This document shows, in pieces, positions 34,489 through 46,037 of a stretch of DNA of 64,000 bases. Both the position numbers and the translations under genes were made by a program. The notes below the pieces were generated by a model, which was not told the origin of the DNA, did no database searches, and saw only the letters and a program-made list of their open reading frames with translations. Source of the stretch: a virus. The stretch is from the UHGV virus genome UHGV-1351068; one strand, given 5' to 3'. Every line of letters starts with the position of its first letter. Position 1 is the first letter of the stretch.

Positions 34489-35327
34489 TATGATTTCCAT
34501 ACAGAAGTAGCAGAGTAGCGTTTGCCTTTCGACATGAACTGCTGCAGTGGTAACATGACTACATTCGCCCAATCAGCCGGTTTTATCTCAATTAAAGCAC
34601 CCTTTATATTACCAGGAATATATGCTTTAATCATTTTGTCAGCGCCAGCAAATCCTTTAACCTGGCTCCAGTTTATCTTTAATCTGGTCTTATTAGATAT
34701 CACTGGCGTATTAGCATACTGTTTCAGAAGTTCTTCTAAAAACTGCTGACGAGCCTTTGGCGGAATGTAGTGAAGGTTTAACCCATACATCAATGTGGTT
34801 GTACCTTGCTTTCCAAGACCAAGATAAACTATCAAAGGAAATTTATCCCAGAATGGAAGAGTGTCTTTGTGCTTAGCGTCATACATGTAAGCATATAGCT
34901 TTCCAGGTTGAGGCTTGGTTACAGAATGACCACGTATATTTTTCTTTATAGTTTCTGCAAACCATTTAGCAGATTTATTGTTTACTGCTGCGCCTTCATT
35001 ACGAATTTTATCTTTGATAGAGCTTCGAAATGAATTTACCATCACAAGAGCACGCTCTTGCTTGGTCATTTTATTAGCAGGTTTTTTCTGAATTTCTGCC
35101 ACTTTAACTGCAGCTTTAATTCTTGACGCATGACGAGCCATTGCTTTACTGAACGTAGCAGGATTTATTCCCTTGCTTTCAGCGAACGCTTTAGACGTCA
35201 TTCCTTTTTTACGAGCAGCAGAGTATTCAACTCCTAACGCTACCCATTGATTTTCATTACGGGATTTAGCTTTAGGTGATTCTGCGGCTTCAGTGATAAA
35301 TTCGAATATAGCCATCAGCCTTTCCAT
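34488..35327 (-). CDS. 2: DNA end-protector gp2
   Basis: 279 aa (T4 gp2 is 274 aa); basic; position. Confidence 0.8.
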   Translation of the reverse strand: MERLMAIFEFITEAAESPKAKSRNENQWVALGVEYSAARKKGMTSKAFAESKGINPATFSKAMARHASRIKAAVKVAEIQKKPANKMTKQERALVMVNSFRSSIKDKIRNEGAAVNNKSAKWFAETIKKNIRGHSVTKPQPGKLYAYMYDAKHKDTLPFWDKFPLIVYLGLGKQGTTTLMYGLNLHYIPPKARQQFLEELLKQYANTPVISNKTRLKINWSQVKGFAGADKMIKAYIPGNIKGALIEIKPADWANVVMLPLQQFMSKGKRYSATSVWKS

Positions 35328-35764
35328 CCTAATTTTTTAAGTGAATCTTCAGTAATTAACCTAAATTCTATACCCATTTTGTTGGCAGTTGCTTGAGCTG
35401 CTTTCCACTTATCCACATTTACAGACCATGTATAAATTTCATCAATGTACCGTTTCTTCGCTGATGTCGTCAACTTTGTGGGTTTGACCGGAGGTCTAGT
35501 TTCTTTCTTCGGCTTAACTTCAAAAAAGAACTGTTGACCATTAGAAAACTTAGCCCAGAAATCCATGAAATACCGGCGTTTCTTTCCATCTGCATTACTA
35601 AAGTATGGAATGACTACCTCTTCGCTGTTCCATTGAACTACATCTGGATGATTGTCAAGCCATCTCATCATGTACTGTTCCCACGTAGAACGATAAGTAA
35701 TCTTTCTGAAGTCGCCTTTATATTTGTGGAGATTCTGCGGCATGAATTTGCCGGAATATGCCAT
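35315..35764 (-). CDS. 4: head completion protein gp4
   Basis: 149 aa (T4 gp4 is 150 aa); divergent late promoters between 4 and 53. Confidence 0.8.
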   Translation of the reverse strand: MAYSGKFMPQNLHKYKGDFRKITYRSTWEQYMMRWLDNHPDVVQWNSEEVVIPYFSNADGKKRRYFMDFWAKFSNGQQFFFEVKPKKETRPPVKPTKLTTSAKKRYIDEIYTWSVNVDKWKAAQATANKMGIEFRLITEDSLKKLGWKG

Positions 35765-35775
35765 AGTGGCCTCCT

Positions 35776-35801
35776 TATAAATACTGTTATTAATATTTAT
35801 A
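35776..35801. promoter_or_regulatory. divergent pair of T4 late promoters (TATAAATA): plus strand at 35776-35783 for gene 53, minus strand at 35794-35801 for gene 4
   Basis: cttataaata...taatatttataag. Confidence 0.6.
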
Positions 35802-35813
35802 AGAGGATAAACT

Positions 35814-36452
35814 ATGCTCTTCTCATTTTTTAGTCCGATAGATTATTCTGCAAAGACCGTAAAAGGTGCTAAGGCAAAAGCTATCCCAACCGCTGACATA
35901 TTTCGTAATTATCGCAAATATTTTGACACTGTGGCAGAAAACTATCTTTTACAAACATATTACATAAGTGGAGCTCCTAGACCAGAAGAATTAGCATATA
36001 TTCTTTATGGAAATAGTCAGCTGTACTGGATTCTTTTAATGTGTAATAATGTATATGACCCGTTTAGAGATTGGATTAAAACCCAGGATGCATGCTATCA
36101 ATTTGCGCAGCAAAAATATGCAGATGTAGGTGGAGACCAAATACTCTATCACGTGGATGCGTATGGCAATCGCTATTACAATCTCGAGCAATATCCTGAA
36201 AATTCAGGTGTTTGGTATGATAAAGGGGACTTTAATCATCAGTATCCTCAATATACTGGTGCTTTGGCTGGTGTTGACATTTACGAAGATTCTATTATAG
36301 AAAATGAAAAACTGCGCCAAATAAACATTATCAATCCTAGTGATATTGAGGCATTTCTTTCTGATATTATACGAGAAATGGAAAAAGCACCTGACAGCGA
36401 ATACGAATCAGGCCGATACAAATCCCAGACTACCATCGGAGAAGTTTTATGA
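35814..36452 (+). CDS. 53: baseplate wedge protein gp53
   Basis: Position and size (212 aa). Confidence 0.8.
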   Translation: MLFSFFSPIDYSAKTVKGAKAKAIPTADIFRNYRKYFDTVAENYLLQTYYISGAPRPEELAYILYGNSQLYWILLMCNNVYDPFRDWIKTQDACYQFAQQKYADVGGDQILYHVDAYGNRYYNLEQYPENSGVWYDKGDFNHQYPQYTGALAGVDIYEDSIIENEKLRQINIINPSDIEAFLSDIIREMEKAPDSEYESGRYKSQTTIGEVL

Positions 36453-38179
36453 TTGAAATGAACGATTCATTAAAATGGTTTACTGGTGTTGTTGAAGACA
36501 GACAAGACCCGTTAAAGCAAGGAAGAGTGCGAGTACGTGTTTACGGGCTTCATCCGTTTGAAAAGGTACAAGGAGCTATAACTGGTCTTCCTACCGAAGA
36601 CCTTCCTTGGATGTCAGTGATTCAGCCTACAAACTCAGCTGGAATTTCTGGAGTTGGCTCATCCATAACCGGAATGGTTGAAGGAACATCTGTATTTGGC
36701 TTATGGCTTGATGAATTCAAAACAGCAGGATTAGTAATAGGAACATATTCTGCGCATAGAAAAACGAAGCCAAACTATACAGAAGGATTTTCTGACCCTA
36801 CAGGTCAATATCCTAGACAGGTCGGGTCAGATACCAACCCACTAGTTCAAGGCGATGAAACCGGGTATAGTGCTGTACCAAATATCATCCAAGATAGAAA
36901 CTTGGATATTGGCATTAATCCTGACGATGCTGACCTAAGCGATATTCCTGAAGACCCAAATCCTGCAATTACAATAACAGATATGCTTAATAGGGATGAA
37001 GGTCTTAGATTGAAAGTCTATTGGGATACAGAAGGATATCCTACTGTAGGTATTGGACACCTTATCATGGCACAAAAAGTACGTGATATGTCTGTCATTA
37101 ATAAAACTTTATCTAATCAGGTTGGTCGTACTGTTACAGGAAATCCCGGTATCATTACAATGGATGAAGCAGTTGCACTATTTAAGAAAGATCGTGATAA
37201 AATGCTTTCTGACATTAAAACAAATTCACGGGTAGGACCGGTATATGCTAAAGTCAACAAATCAAGGCAAATGGCTTTAGAAAATATGAGTTTTCAAATG
37301 GGTGTAGGTGGATTAGCAAAATTTGGTAAAATGCTTGATGCCATGCTCATTGGTGATTGGAAAACAGCCTATACTGAAGCAAGAAACTCCGTGTGGTTTA
37401 ACCAGACAAAAGGCCGTGCTTCTCGTGTTTCCATGATTATTCTAACAGGTAATATGGAATCATATGGAGTTCCTGCGCCAAAGCCAGAAGGAAAAAACCT
37501 GTCTGCGGCTTACGCAGAACCGAAGTCTGGTGGTAATCCTGAAGACCCGTGGACCCCAGAGGATTCAAGAATTCTTTTCAAAGAGCCCGAATCTTCATAT
37601 AATGGTCAATATCCATATGTGCATACGATGGAAACAGAATCAGGCCATATCCAAGAATTTGATGATACACCTGGCTATGAACGCTATCGTATTGTTCATC
37701 CAACCGGTTCATATGAAGAAGTTGCTCCTGATGGACGCCGTACCAGAAAAACTGTAGCCGATTTATATGACATGACTCAGGGTGATGGAAATATTTTAAT
37801 CTCTGGGGATAAGAAGGTTAACGTTGGAGGGAACGAGACCTATTATAACATGTATAATCGTCGACAGCAAATTGATGGCGATAACATGCTTTATGTACGT
37901 GGAAATGAAACTAAAACGATTGAAGGAAATGGTACTATTTTTGTCAAGGGTAACATTAAGATAGTCGTTGAAGGAAATGCTGATATACGAGTCAATGGTG
38001 ATGCCACTACTAAAGTAGATGGCAACCACGACGTGACCGTCGGTGGTAATTTAACTTGGCAAGTAGCAGGTACTGTGAATTGGAATGTTGGCGGGGCTTG
38101 GACTGAGACAATGGCTTCTATGAGCTCAATCGCCCAAGGTCAATACACTGTTGATGGTTCACGAATTGATGTAGGTTAA
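36449..38179 (+). CDS. 5: baseplate hub / tail lysozyme / cell-puncturing device gp5
   Basis: 576 aa; N-terminal OB domain; lysozyme domain LRLKVYWDTEGYPTVGIGHLI...; C-terminal VxGxxxxx beta-helix repeats. Confidence 0.92.
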   Translation: MIEMNDSLKWFTGVVEDRQDPLKQGRVRVRVYGLHPFEKVQGAITGLPTEDLPWMSVIQPTNSAGISGVGSSITGMVEGTSVFGLWLDEFKTAGLVIGTYSAHRKTKPNYTEGFSDPTGQYPRQVGSDTNPLVQGDETGYSAVPNIIQDRNLDIGINPDDADLSDIPEDPNPAITITDMLNRDEGLRLKVYWDTEGYPTVGIGHLIMAQKVRDMSVINKTLSNQVGRTVTGNPGIITMDEAVALFKKDRDKMLSDIKTNSRVGPVYAKVNKSRQMALENMSFQMGVGGLAKFGKMLDAMLIGDWKTAYTEARNSVWFNQTKGRASRVSMIILTGNMESYGVPAPKPEGKNLSAAYAEPKSGGNPEDPWTPEDSRILFKEPESSYNGQYPYVHTMETESGHIQEFDDTPGYERYRIVHPTGSYEEVAPDGRRTRKTVADLYDMTQGDGNILISGDKKVNVGGNETYYNMYNRRQQIDGDNMLYVRGNETKTIEGNGTIFVKGNIKIVVEGNADIRVNGDATTKVDGNHDVTVGGNLTWQVAGTVNWNVGGAWTETMASMSSIAQGQYTVDGSRIDVG

Positions 38180-38181
38180 TC

Positions 38182-38685
38182 ATGGCTGATATACTTCCTA
38201 TTAATACAACGTTACGCGAAGTAATAGAAGGTGAATATGTTGAGCAGTACTTTACTGCTCAATTATCTACCAACGAAACATTAAAATCAATAAATATTAT
38301 CGACTATCAACCAGTATCTGATATCTCTGTGTCTGAAACCTATTATAAAGGTAATTATAACTCAGTTTTTACTTTTGGAAACGATGTGCTTAAATACCGT
38401 GAAGGCGATGAGCTAAAGTCCGCTTCAGCGTGGGAGGATTTACCTAATCCCAAAACTGCTGATTTATATTTGTGGAAAGCCCCCAGAACACTAGAGAAGA
38501 CATTTACCTATACAGTTGAGATAATATATACAGTGACAGAAGAATCGTCTGGAGGTTCATCCGGAGGTTCTAGCGCTCCAATCATAACAGAACATAAAAA
38601 GCAAAAGATTTACTCTCAAACCGTTAAAGGTAACTGGAGCAGATGGGGCGACCAACTTCGTGCTTACGTATATGCGGGGAATTAA
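38182..38685 (+). CDS. 5.1: gp5.1-position protein with an SSGGSSGGSS linker
   Basis: 167 aa; position after gene 5. Confidence 0.55.
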   Translation: MADILPINTTLREVIEGEYVEQYFTAQLSTNETLKSINIIDYQPVSDISVSETYYKGNYNSVFTFGNDVLKYREGDELKSASAWEDLPNPKTADLYLWKAPRTLEKTFTYTVEIIYTVTEESSGGSSGGSSAPIITEHKKQKIYSQTVKGNWSRWGDQLRAYVYAGN

Positions 38686-38979
38686 ATGGCTGGTCTTTCA
38701 TATGATAAATGCGTAACTGCCGGGCATAGTGCGTATCCTCCGACAGAAGTAAATGCTACACAAAGCAAAGTATTCACTGGTGGAATAGCGGTATTAGTTG
38801 ATGGCGACTCAATTACCCCACACACCAAGACGGTTGACCCTCATGATACGCATGGAGGAGTTGTTCAACCTCGCACATCCAAGGTATTTGTAACAGGCAA
38901 AAAAGCTGTTCAAATGGCCGATCCAATTTCTTGTGGCGACACTGTCGCGCAATCAAGCTCAAAGGTATTCATACACTAA
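38686..38979 (+). CDS. 5.4: PAAR-repeat spike-tip protein gp5.4
   Basis: 97 aa; PAAR-like A-G/P-rich repeats ([18 protein letters not shown]...[19 protein letters not shown]). Confidence 0.7.
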
Positions 38980-40946
38980 TGGCTATTAAAGAACCTTTAA
39001 ATTATCAGTTAACGCGTACTGCAAACGCTATCCCAGACGCATTTACTGGAGCAACATTTGATGAAATCAAAAACCAACTTATTAACTGGCTTAGCGGTCA
39101 AAAAGAGTTTCAGGACTTTGATTTTGCTGGTTCGCGTTTAAACGTGCTATTAGACTTATTAGCATATAACACGCTTTACATACAGCAATTTAGTAATACT
39201 GCTTTATACGAAAGCTTTATTGGAACAGCTAACTTGAGAAGTTCCGTTGTTCAAGCAGCTCAGCAAAACGGGTATTTGCCAAGTTCCAAATCAGCGGCTA
39301 CTGCGTCTATTATGCTTGAGGTAACTCATCCAAATCCAGAGCCAGCAATAAAAATACCTCGTGGAACCAAGTTTTTAGCATATGCGCGGGATTCATCAGT
39401 AGACCCATACAACTTTGTTGTTACTGAAAATGTTATTGCGCTAAGAGATACTTCAGCACCAGAAGGAGTTAATAGGTATCTTCCTATTGTCAATTTGGCG
39501 CAGGGACGTATTATTCGTACTCAGTTGTCATATGACCCGAAGAAACCTATTGTTATTCGCGACCAATCAATTGACCGCAAGCAGGTTAAGCTGTGGGTGG
39601 ATGGCGCTGAATGGACTAACTGGACAGACCGATCAATGGTTCATGCTTCGTCTATTTCAACAATTTATTATATGCGTGAAACTGTCGATGGAAATACAGA
39701 ATTCTTCTTTGGTGAGGGTGTGGCAGAAGCATCTGTGGCAGGAGGAGTTCTTGAAAGCAACTTCATTGGTGGATTAAAACCCACTAAAGGCGCGCAAGTC
39801 GTTATTGAATATATTCGTACTGATGGTGAAGCTGCTAATGGTGCGACTGATTTCAGCTATGCTGATACCCTGCAATATATCGTAGTAAACAAAATCATCG
39901 AAAACTGGTCGGATTCTCCTGACTACGTTGGAGCTGATGGCGGTGGGGAACCTGAAGACATTGAACGTATTCGCGAATTAGCACAAATTAAGCGTGAATC
40001 TCAAATGCGTTGCGTGTCTAAAACTGACTATGAGTCATTCGTTAGCTCGCGATTTGGTTCTATTGTGCAAGCAGTACAATGCTTTACCGACCAAGATAAG
40101 CCAGGGTATGCGTTTATTGCAATTAAGCCAAAATCTGGACTGCAGTTAACCGCTGTTCAAAGAGAAGACATCCAAGATTATCTTCGTCCATTCTGTCTTG
40201 CTCCGATTACTCCTTCGGTAATGAGCCCAGATTACTTATTCATTCGTCATAATATTAAAGCTTCTTATGCATTGAATAAGTTGCAAGAATCAGAGCAGTG
40301 GTTACAGTCAAAAATTATAGACTCGATTAATAGATATTATGTTGATGAAGTTGAAATGTTTAACAAAAATTTCAGTAAATCTAAGTTGTTGACTTACATT
40401 GATGACACTGACCACTCAATCATCGGTTCTTCTGTGGATATTCAGATGGTTCGTGAAATTGTCAACTATTTCACTCTTCCTAGCGCAGGTATTAAATACT
40501 ATAATACTATTACTCCGCGGACGTTACGTTCTGGTGATTTGGTCTTTACTGTTACCCCAACTGCTGAACCGTATTCAGTTAATATCGTTGGAACTGACCC
40601 AGATAAAAATGGCAAAGGAAATATGGTTATTGGACCATTTAAACCAGGCGATATTAAAGAGAATACTCATATCCAGCCATATACTGAAAACGATTTTGAT
40701 AGAACTACCGTCGGCGAAAGAACTCGCTGGTATAAAATCGGTGAAGTAGATTATTATGGTGATAACATTTACTGGAGTCTTGGAGCCATTGGAGCCGATC
40801 CTCTTCAGTTTGAAGACCAAAGTATTGAGCTTTATTCTACTCCTACCCAGGATATCGTCTTCGCCCGCGATGGAACACTTATCGTATTTGAGAATGACCT
40901 TCGTCCTCAATACACAACTATTAAATTGGAGCCTATTACTCAATGA
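38979..40946 (+). CDS. 6: baseplate wedge gp6
   Basis: 655 aa from [10 protein letters not shown] (the ATG overlaps the 5.4 stop as TAATG); T4 gp6 is 660 aa. Confidence 0.88.
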   Translation: MAIKEPLNYQLTRTANAIPDAFTGATFDEIKNQLINWLSGQKEFQDFDFAGSRLNVLLDLLAYNTLYIQQFSNTALYESFIGTANLRSSVVQAAQQNGYLPSSKSAATASIMLEVTHPNPEPAIKIPRGTKFLAYARDSSVDPYNFVVTENVIALRDTSAPEGVNRYLPIVNLAQGRIIRTQLSYDPKKPIVIRDQSIDRKQVKLWVDGAEWTNWTDRSMVHASSISTIYYMRETVDGNTEFFFGEGVAEASVAGGVLESNFIGGLKPTKGAQVVIEYIRTDGEAANGATDFSYADTLQYIVVNKIIENWSDSPDYVGADGGGEPEDIERIRELAQIKRESQMRCVSKTDYESFVSSRFGSIVQAVQCFTDQDKPGYAFIAIKPKSGLQLTAVQREDIQDYLRPFCLAPITPSVMSPDYLFIRHNIKASYALNKLQESEQWLQSKIIDSINRYYVDEVEMFNKNFSKSKLLTYIDDTDHSIIGSSVDIQMVREIVNYFTLPSAGIKYYNTITPRTLRSGDLVFTVTPTAEPYSVNIVGTDPDKNGKGNMVIGPFKPGDIKENTHIQPYTENDFDRTTVGERTRWYKIGEVDYYGDNIYWSLGAIGADPLQFEDQSIELYSTPTQDIVFARDGTLIVFENDLRPQYTTIKLEPITQ

Positions 40947-43900
40947 CAATTGCACCGTTCGTCACCAGCTTACGAATTCATAAGCTATCTGCGAATCAGG
41001 TCAATATTCGTTGGGATGACGTTGGTGCAAACTTCTACTATTTTGTAGAACTGGCCGAAACTCGAAACAGAGCGGGGGAAGTTATCCCCGCTGATAACTT
41101 GAGTTGGTCTTCACTGGGTTATACCGCGGATAATGATTGGTTCGAACAAAATCGTATTGAACCGCTTACTTATTATAAAATGCGTGTTCAAACTACGTCA
41201 GCAGGATTTGAACCGTCTGAATGGGTTGAAACAGAAGAGTTCCAAACTTTTGAAGAAAACGCATACACATTTGAGCACATGCAAGAATTCAGTTTAGTGA
41301 AAGAATTCATTAAGCAGAAGTTTTCTTTAAATAACATGTCGTATGTTAACTTCAACACATCTGCCATGATGGCATCTTTGATGACTGAGTCTTTTCAATT
41401 TAGTCCTGAATATTCTCATTTGTCAGCTATTGAAAATTTCGTAGTAGGCGAATCTGGATATCATGAAATTCAGGGACCTATTGAAGCAGTCTGTGTTGAT
41501 AAAAATAGAACCATGCTAGGAGAAATAGACGGAATTTTGTATCTGTTTGAAAGATTCCAACATATGGTTAAAGTATCAAACGATAAAGGACAGAACTGGC
41601 AATACGTTCAGTTATTTAATGACCGTGTAGGAAATCCTGTTTCACGAGTAGTCATTTATCAATCAAGTACCACATCATATGTTTTAGGCTATGATAAAAT
41701 CTTTTACGGAAGAAAATCATCTGACGTACGCTGGTCATCAAATGAGGTTAAATTTAGCGATAACGAAGTCACGTTCGCTAAATTGGGAGACCAGTTAAAA
41801 CTGGGATTTGAAGTAGAGTTATTTGGTACATATGCATCACTACCTGCTGATGTTACCAAATATGCAGAAGCCTTTACATGCAATGATGACCACTTATATG
41901 TAGTTGCAAAGGATACAGTACGCAGAGTTAAATTAAAAGATGCTCCAATAGACACTGACCCTTTAAGCCCTACATTTGGTGAAAAAGTGTTCGAAAAAGA
42001 AGCATCTCATATAACAGGCAATCCTAAATCTGTATGCTTTAAAATGGATTCTGTCGGAGGCAAAATCTTCGCTCTTATTACCGGAGAAGTTAAAACCTTA
42101 GGATTAGACCCAACAGACCCACGGAATGTTGTGGATTCTGCAACTAAAGGCGTCTATGTTTACCAGGAAGGCACAAATACTTGGAAGCGTGTATTTGGTA
42201 ATACCGATGAAGAAAAACGTCGTATAGAGCATTTATGGACGTCTATGTCAACTGACGGAAAGGAAATATTCTTTTCATCAGCTAATTTTAAGACAACAGA
42301 GTACGCTCAGGATATTGAGCTTGAGACGAAATATCCAGAACTAATTTCTACTGCAGTTAAAAATGTTAATCCAATTCAGTATCACTCTGATAAGCATTAT
42401 CACATGATGAGTTTCAGAGCAGATGAATTTTCAAGATGGGAAACATTTGTTCCTGGACCTATGAGGTTTTATGCTGAACCTTGGTTTGTCTGGATGGCTC
42501 GTGAAGGTAACAGATGCTGGATAAGTACAGCTGACCATGCAGTTGTCATTTATAATGATATTCTTTATCAAAAAAGAGTAGATGCAGCGGCACAGGGAAC
42601 TACCGAGCGTGTTCTTTCGGAAGTGTGGGATAAAGGTGACGCAACGTTTTATTGCCCTCCAGTTTCATTTAATGGATTTTTGCAGTATGCTTCTGGTATC
42701 ATGTTTCACGAGACAGACGGAAAACTGATAGGCTATTACGCATTTGATTACCGTGTTCGTGACCAGGTAACGCTTAACTGGAAACCAACTGATGTAATGT
42801 TTAAGGCGTTTCTGCAGAACCAAACCCGTGAAGAAGATTGGACACCTGAACATACTCCAGGCTTACGTGACCCAGATTTGCGTCCGTATCTTACTAAAAT
42901 GATGCCGGATAGTTACTTGCTACAAGATAGTAATTTTGAGCACTTTTGTAAGTACTATCTCCAATTCCTTTCAGACGGAAATGGAACGCATTACAACAGT
43001 CTCGTTAATCTTGTTAAGAACAAATATCCTCGTGAAGAAAATGCATGGGAATACCTGTGGTCAGAAGTTTATAAGCGCAATATTTATCTGAGTAAAGACG
43101 CTCGCGATGCTGTCGTCCGTTTCTTTGAAGCGCGCAAGAATGATTTCTATGCTACCAAAGGAATTGAAGACTCATACAAATTCTTGTTTAAACTTCTTTA
43201 TAATGAAGATGTTGAAATCGATATTGAGTCAAAGAACACTACCGAATATGACATTATTGTTGAAAGTACAAATATTTCTGACGATTTAGTTGGTCGTACG
43301 ATTTATACTGCTTCCGGTCGTAGTAATGTGACTTATATCGAGAGAGAATACCGGGATGGTCGTCTGTTATGGCGTATTACTATTCATAACTTATCAGGAC
43401 GGTTCATTGAAGGCCAGGAAATTAAATCAGAGCGTACGGACTTTGAGGGTATTATAGTTCAAGGTGTTCGTGGAAAGGATATGCTGAGTAATAACATTGA
43501 TTATATAAACCGCAGCCGTTCTTACTATGTTATGAAAATTAAGTCTCAGCTTCCTACTTCTCGTTTCCGCGACGATGTATTAAGGTTTGTTCATCCGGTA
43601 GGTTTCGGTTTCATTGGTATAACATTGCTGACAATGTTTATCAATAGTGGCTTAAATATGAAGCATGTTGAGACTATCATAAATAAACTCAAGAACTATA
43701 AATGGGATGCAGGACTGCCATCAGTTTATCCTGATAGAGTTGCTATTATCGCTTCAGATGATACAATAGAAAGAGACCCAATAACCAATGAGCCTAGGTA
43801 TTCTTCACGTGCTCAAGCTGGTGAACCTTTCCCGTTACCTGCTAACTATAATCAAGAAAATAACAATAGTGTTATCGCTGGACAAAACCCTGGACAACGA

Positions 43901-44041
43901 CGTAAACCGTTAAGTCCTACGTTTGACCAATCAGCAGTAACGTTTGCTAATTATCGCGATTTAGTTAACCAACGTCTTAAAGACGATGCAGGTAATCCTC
44001 GCGATCCTGAAAATCCGACACAGGTAAAAATTGATGAGTAA
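40943..44041 (+). CDS. 7: baseplate wedge initiator gp7
   Basis: 1032 aa, identical in length to T4 gp7. Confidence 0.9.
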   Translation: MTIAPFVTSLRIHKLSANQVNIRWDDVGANFYYFVELAETRNRAGEVIPADNLSWSSLGYTADNDWFEQNRIEPLTYYKMRVQTTSAGFEPSEWVETEEFQTFEENAYTFEHMQEFSLVKEFIKQKFSLNNMSYVNFNTSAMMASLMTESFQFSPEYSHLSAIENFVVGESGYHEIQGPIEAVCVDKNRTMLGEIDGILYLFERFQHMVKVSNDKGQNWQYVQLFNDRVGNPVSRVVIYQSSTTSYVLGYDKIFYGRKSSDVRWSSNEVKFSDNEVTFAKLGDQLKLGFEVELFGTYASLPADVTKYAEAFTCNDDHLYVVAKDTVRRVKLKDAPIDTDPLSPTFGEKVFEKEASHITGNPKSVCFKMDSVGGKIFALITGEVKTLGLDPTDPRNVVDSATKGVYVYQEGTNTWKRVFGNTDEEKRRIEHLWTSMSTDGKEIFFSSANFKTTEYAQDIELETKYPELISTAVKNVNPIQYHSDKHYHMMSFRADEFSRWETFVPGPMRFYAEPWFVWMAREGNRCWISTADHAVVIYNDILYQKRVDAAAQGTTERVLSEVWDKGDATFYCPPVSFNGFLQYASGIMFHETDGKLIGYYAFDYRVRDQVTLNWKPTDVMFKAFLQNQTREEDWTPEHTPGLRDPDLRPYLTKMMPDSYLLQDSNFEHFCKYYLQFLSDGNGTHYNSLVNLVKNKYPREENAWEYLWSEVYKRNIYLSKDARDAVVRFFEARKNDFYATKGIEDSYKFLFKLLYNEDVEIDIESKNTTEYDIIVESTNISDDLVGRTIYTASGRSNVTYIEREYRDGRLLWRITIHNLSGRFIEGQEIKSERTDFEGIIVQGVRGKDMLSNNIDYINRSRSYYVMKIKSQLPTSRFRDDVLRFVHPVGFGFIGITLLTMFINSGLNMKHVETIINKLKNYKWDAGLPSVYPDRVAIIASDDTIERDPITNEPRYSSRAQAGEPFPLPANYNQENNNSVIAGQNPGQRRKPLSPTFDQSAVTFANYRDLVNQRLKDDAGNPRDPENPTQVKIDE

Positions 44042-45059
44042 TTCAACAAGAGCAAGTTCAACGCGTAGCACGATTTATCGTGCTATCATTACATCTAAGT
44101 TTAGAACTGAAAAGATGTACACATTTTATAAATCGATTGGTCCGGGAACGGACCAAAACACACTGTATGTTTCATTTGGCAAAAGCACTCCGTGGTCAGA
44201 TAACGAATCTGAACCCGGATTTGCACCTCCATATCCCGCTGATAATGGAGATGGGGTAGTTGATGTTTGGACAAATATGATGGGCGCGGTCAAAATTGAA
44301 TCATCAATGCTTGACTGTGTTGTTCCAAGAAGAGACTGGGGAGATACAAGATATCCTAACCCACGCACATTTCTAATTGGCGATATCGTTGTTGCTAACT
44401 CTGCGCCATATAACAGAACTGATGCTGGATTTGGATGGATGGTATATAGATGTATTGATGTTCCAAAGGATGGAATGTGTTCAATTGGCAATCTTACAAG
44501 CAAAGAAGAATGTATTAAGCTTGGGGGTAAATGGACACCATCCACTATTTCTGGTTCAGCTCCTCGAGGTCGTGGTGATGCAAATGGTACCGTCGATTTG
44601 GGCGATGGATATCTTTGGGAATATCTATATGAAATTCCAGCCGACGTATCAATTAACAGATGTACAAATGAATATATCGTAGTTCCTTGGCCAGAAGAGA
44701 TTGAAGAATCTCCAGCCCGTTGGGGATTTCAAAACAACTTAACTTGGCAACAAAACGACTTTAATTTGATTTATCGCATGAAATGCAATACTATCAGGTT
44801 TAAAGCGTATCTTGATGCGGTTTATTTTCCGGAGTTCAGTCTTCCGGGAAATACTGGATTTAGACAGCTGTCAATTATAACTAATCCGCTTGAAGTTAAG
44901 CCAATGCCAAATTCACCTAATGTTAAGGCTGAAAAAGGCTGGTATAGTGCTTCTGGTCTTGAAAGACAGTCAGGTGAAATGATTTACATGGAAAATCGGC
45001 AACCTATTATTCGTTCAATGGACCAAACGGAAGAATTAAACTTAATTTTCGAGTTTTAA
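44031..45059 (+). CDS. 8: baseplate wedge gp8
   Basis: IYRAIITSKFRTEKMYTFYKSIGPGTDQNTLYVSFGKSTPW...RDWGDTRYPNPRTF... is highly similar to T4 gp8. Confidence 0.92.
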   Translation: MMSNSTRASSTRSTIYRAIITSKFRTEKMYTFYKSIGPGTDQNTLYVSFGKSTPWSDNESEPGFAPPYPADNGDGVVDVWTNMMGAVKIESSMLDCVVPRRDWGDTRYPNPRTFLIGDIVVANSAPYNRTDAGFGWMVYRCIDVPKDGMCSIGNLTSKEECIKLGGKWTPSTISGSAPRGRGDANGTVDLGDGYLWEYLYEIPADVSINRCTNEYIVVPWPEEIEESPARWGFQNNLTWQQNDFNLIYRMKCNTIRFKAYLDAVYFPEFSLPGNTGFRQLSIITNPLEVKPMPNSPNVKAEKGWYSASGLERQSGEMIYMENRQPIIRSMDQTEELNLIFEF

Positions 45060-45063
45060 TTAT

Positions 45064-45090
45064 GGGGAGCCTTCGGCTCCCCATTTTTAT
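45064..45090 (+). terminator. rho-independent terminator after gene 8 (UUCG-loop hairpin followed by a T-run)
   Basis: ggggagccttcggctcccc-attttt. Confidence 0.7.
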
Positions 45091-45097
45091 ATAAATA
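45090..45097 (+). promoter_or_regulatory. T4 late promoter TATAAATA for gene 9
   Basis: tataaata about 29 nt upstream of the ATG. Confidence 0.6.
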
Positions 45098-45125
45098 AGA
45101 CTATACTTTGATATGAGGTTAACCT

Positions 45126-46037
45126 ATGTATACAGATAAGGGTAAAAAAATAATTGACGTCGGTGAGATTGGTAATGCTTCTACCGGCGACATTCTGTAT
45201 GATGGCGGTGTGAAAATTAATGATAACTTCGACGCCATTTACAACGCCTTCGCTGATCAACGATTATTTGCAGCTGGTGGCGGAGCATTGAACCAAAAAA
45301 TTCATGCAACAAGCTATTACCAAAAGATAAAATTTGGAGATGCTAACTCTGCAGGGACAGTTCCAATGGGGTCATGCATAGATGCTGATTGTTCAGAAGG
45401 TGCAGTTCAAATACGTCTTTCAAAAGGTAAAGCGGGAGAAGCTGTATTCGTTGTAAATAGTAATGGCTCAGCATCAAAAGCTAGATCCATAAAAATAACA
45501 ACAAACGGCGAAGGTGTAGCAGATGCATTTAAAGATGGATCGCGAGAGTTGATTATCAACACGCCAAGATGTAGAATTGAATTGTGGTGTGTTGAAGTCA
45601 AAGCTAACGGTGCTGCAGTTTGGGATTATTCAATTTCAAGTATGTTTGGCAGCACATATTCGCCGTTAGAAGCTACATATAATTTAACGAGTTCTCCTAT
45701 TAATATTCGGCTTGGATATAACGATGATTACTCTACTGTTAAATTGTTATTAAGCTTCAGCGCAAATCCAGGTGGTCAAACCATCAAAAGGCAATCATCT
45801 GAAGTCATGCTTATGATTGACCCGACTATTACTTCATCAGCGCCAAACGGAAGAGTATTTGACACTGAATATGCAGTGTTAAGAAGCGGTGAATCATCTG
45901 AAAATGAAAAGATGTATTCTATTTCATACTCTATTAACGCGCAGAAAGATTTAATATGCACAGCTTCAACATCTTATGGAAACGCCCGTTTGGCAGTTAA
46001 AGTTATTGCTACACAGACCGTAGGGGTATCTCAATAA
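45126..46037 (+). CDS. 9: baseplate wedge / long-tail-fiber socket gp9
   Basis: IDVGEIGNASTGDILYDGGVKINDNFDAIYNAF matches the T4 gp9 N-terminus. Confidence 0.88.
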   Translation: MYTDKGKKIIDVGEIGNASTGDILYDGGVKINDNFDAIYNAFADQRLFAAGGGALNQKIHATSYYQKIKFGDANSAGTVPMGSCIDADCSEGAVQIRLSKGKAGEAVFVVNSNGSASKARSIKITTNGEGVADAFKDGSRELIINTPRCRIELWCVEVKANGAAVWDYSISSMFGSTYSPLEATYNLTSSPINIRLGYNDDYSTVKLLLSFSANPGGQTIKRQSSEVMLMIDPTITSSAPNGRVFDTEYAVLRSGESSENEKMYSISYSINAQKDLICTASTSYGNARLAVKVIATQTVGVSQ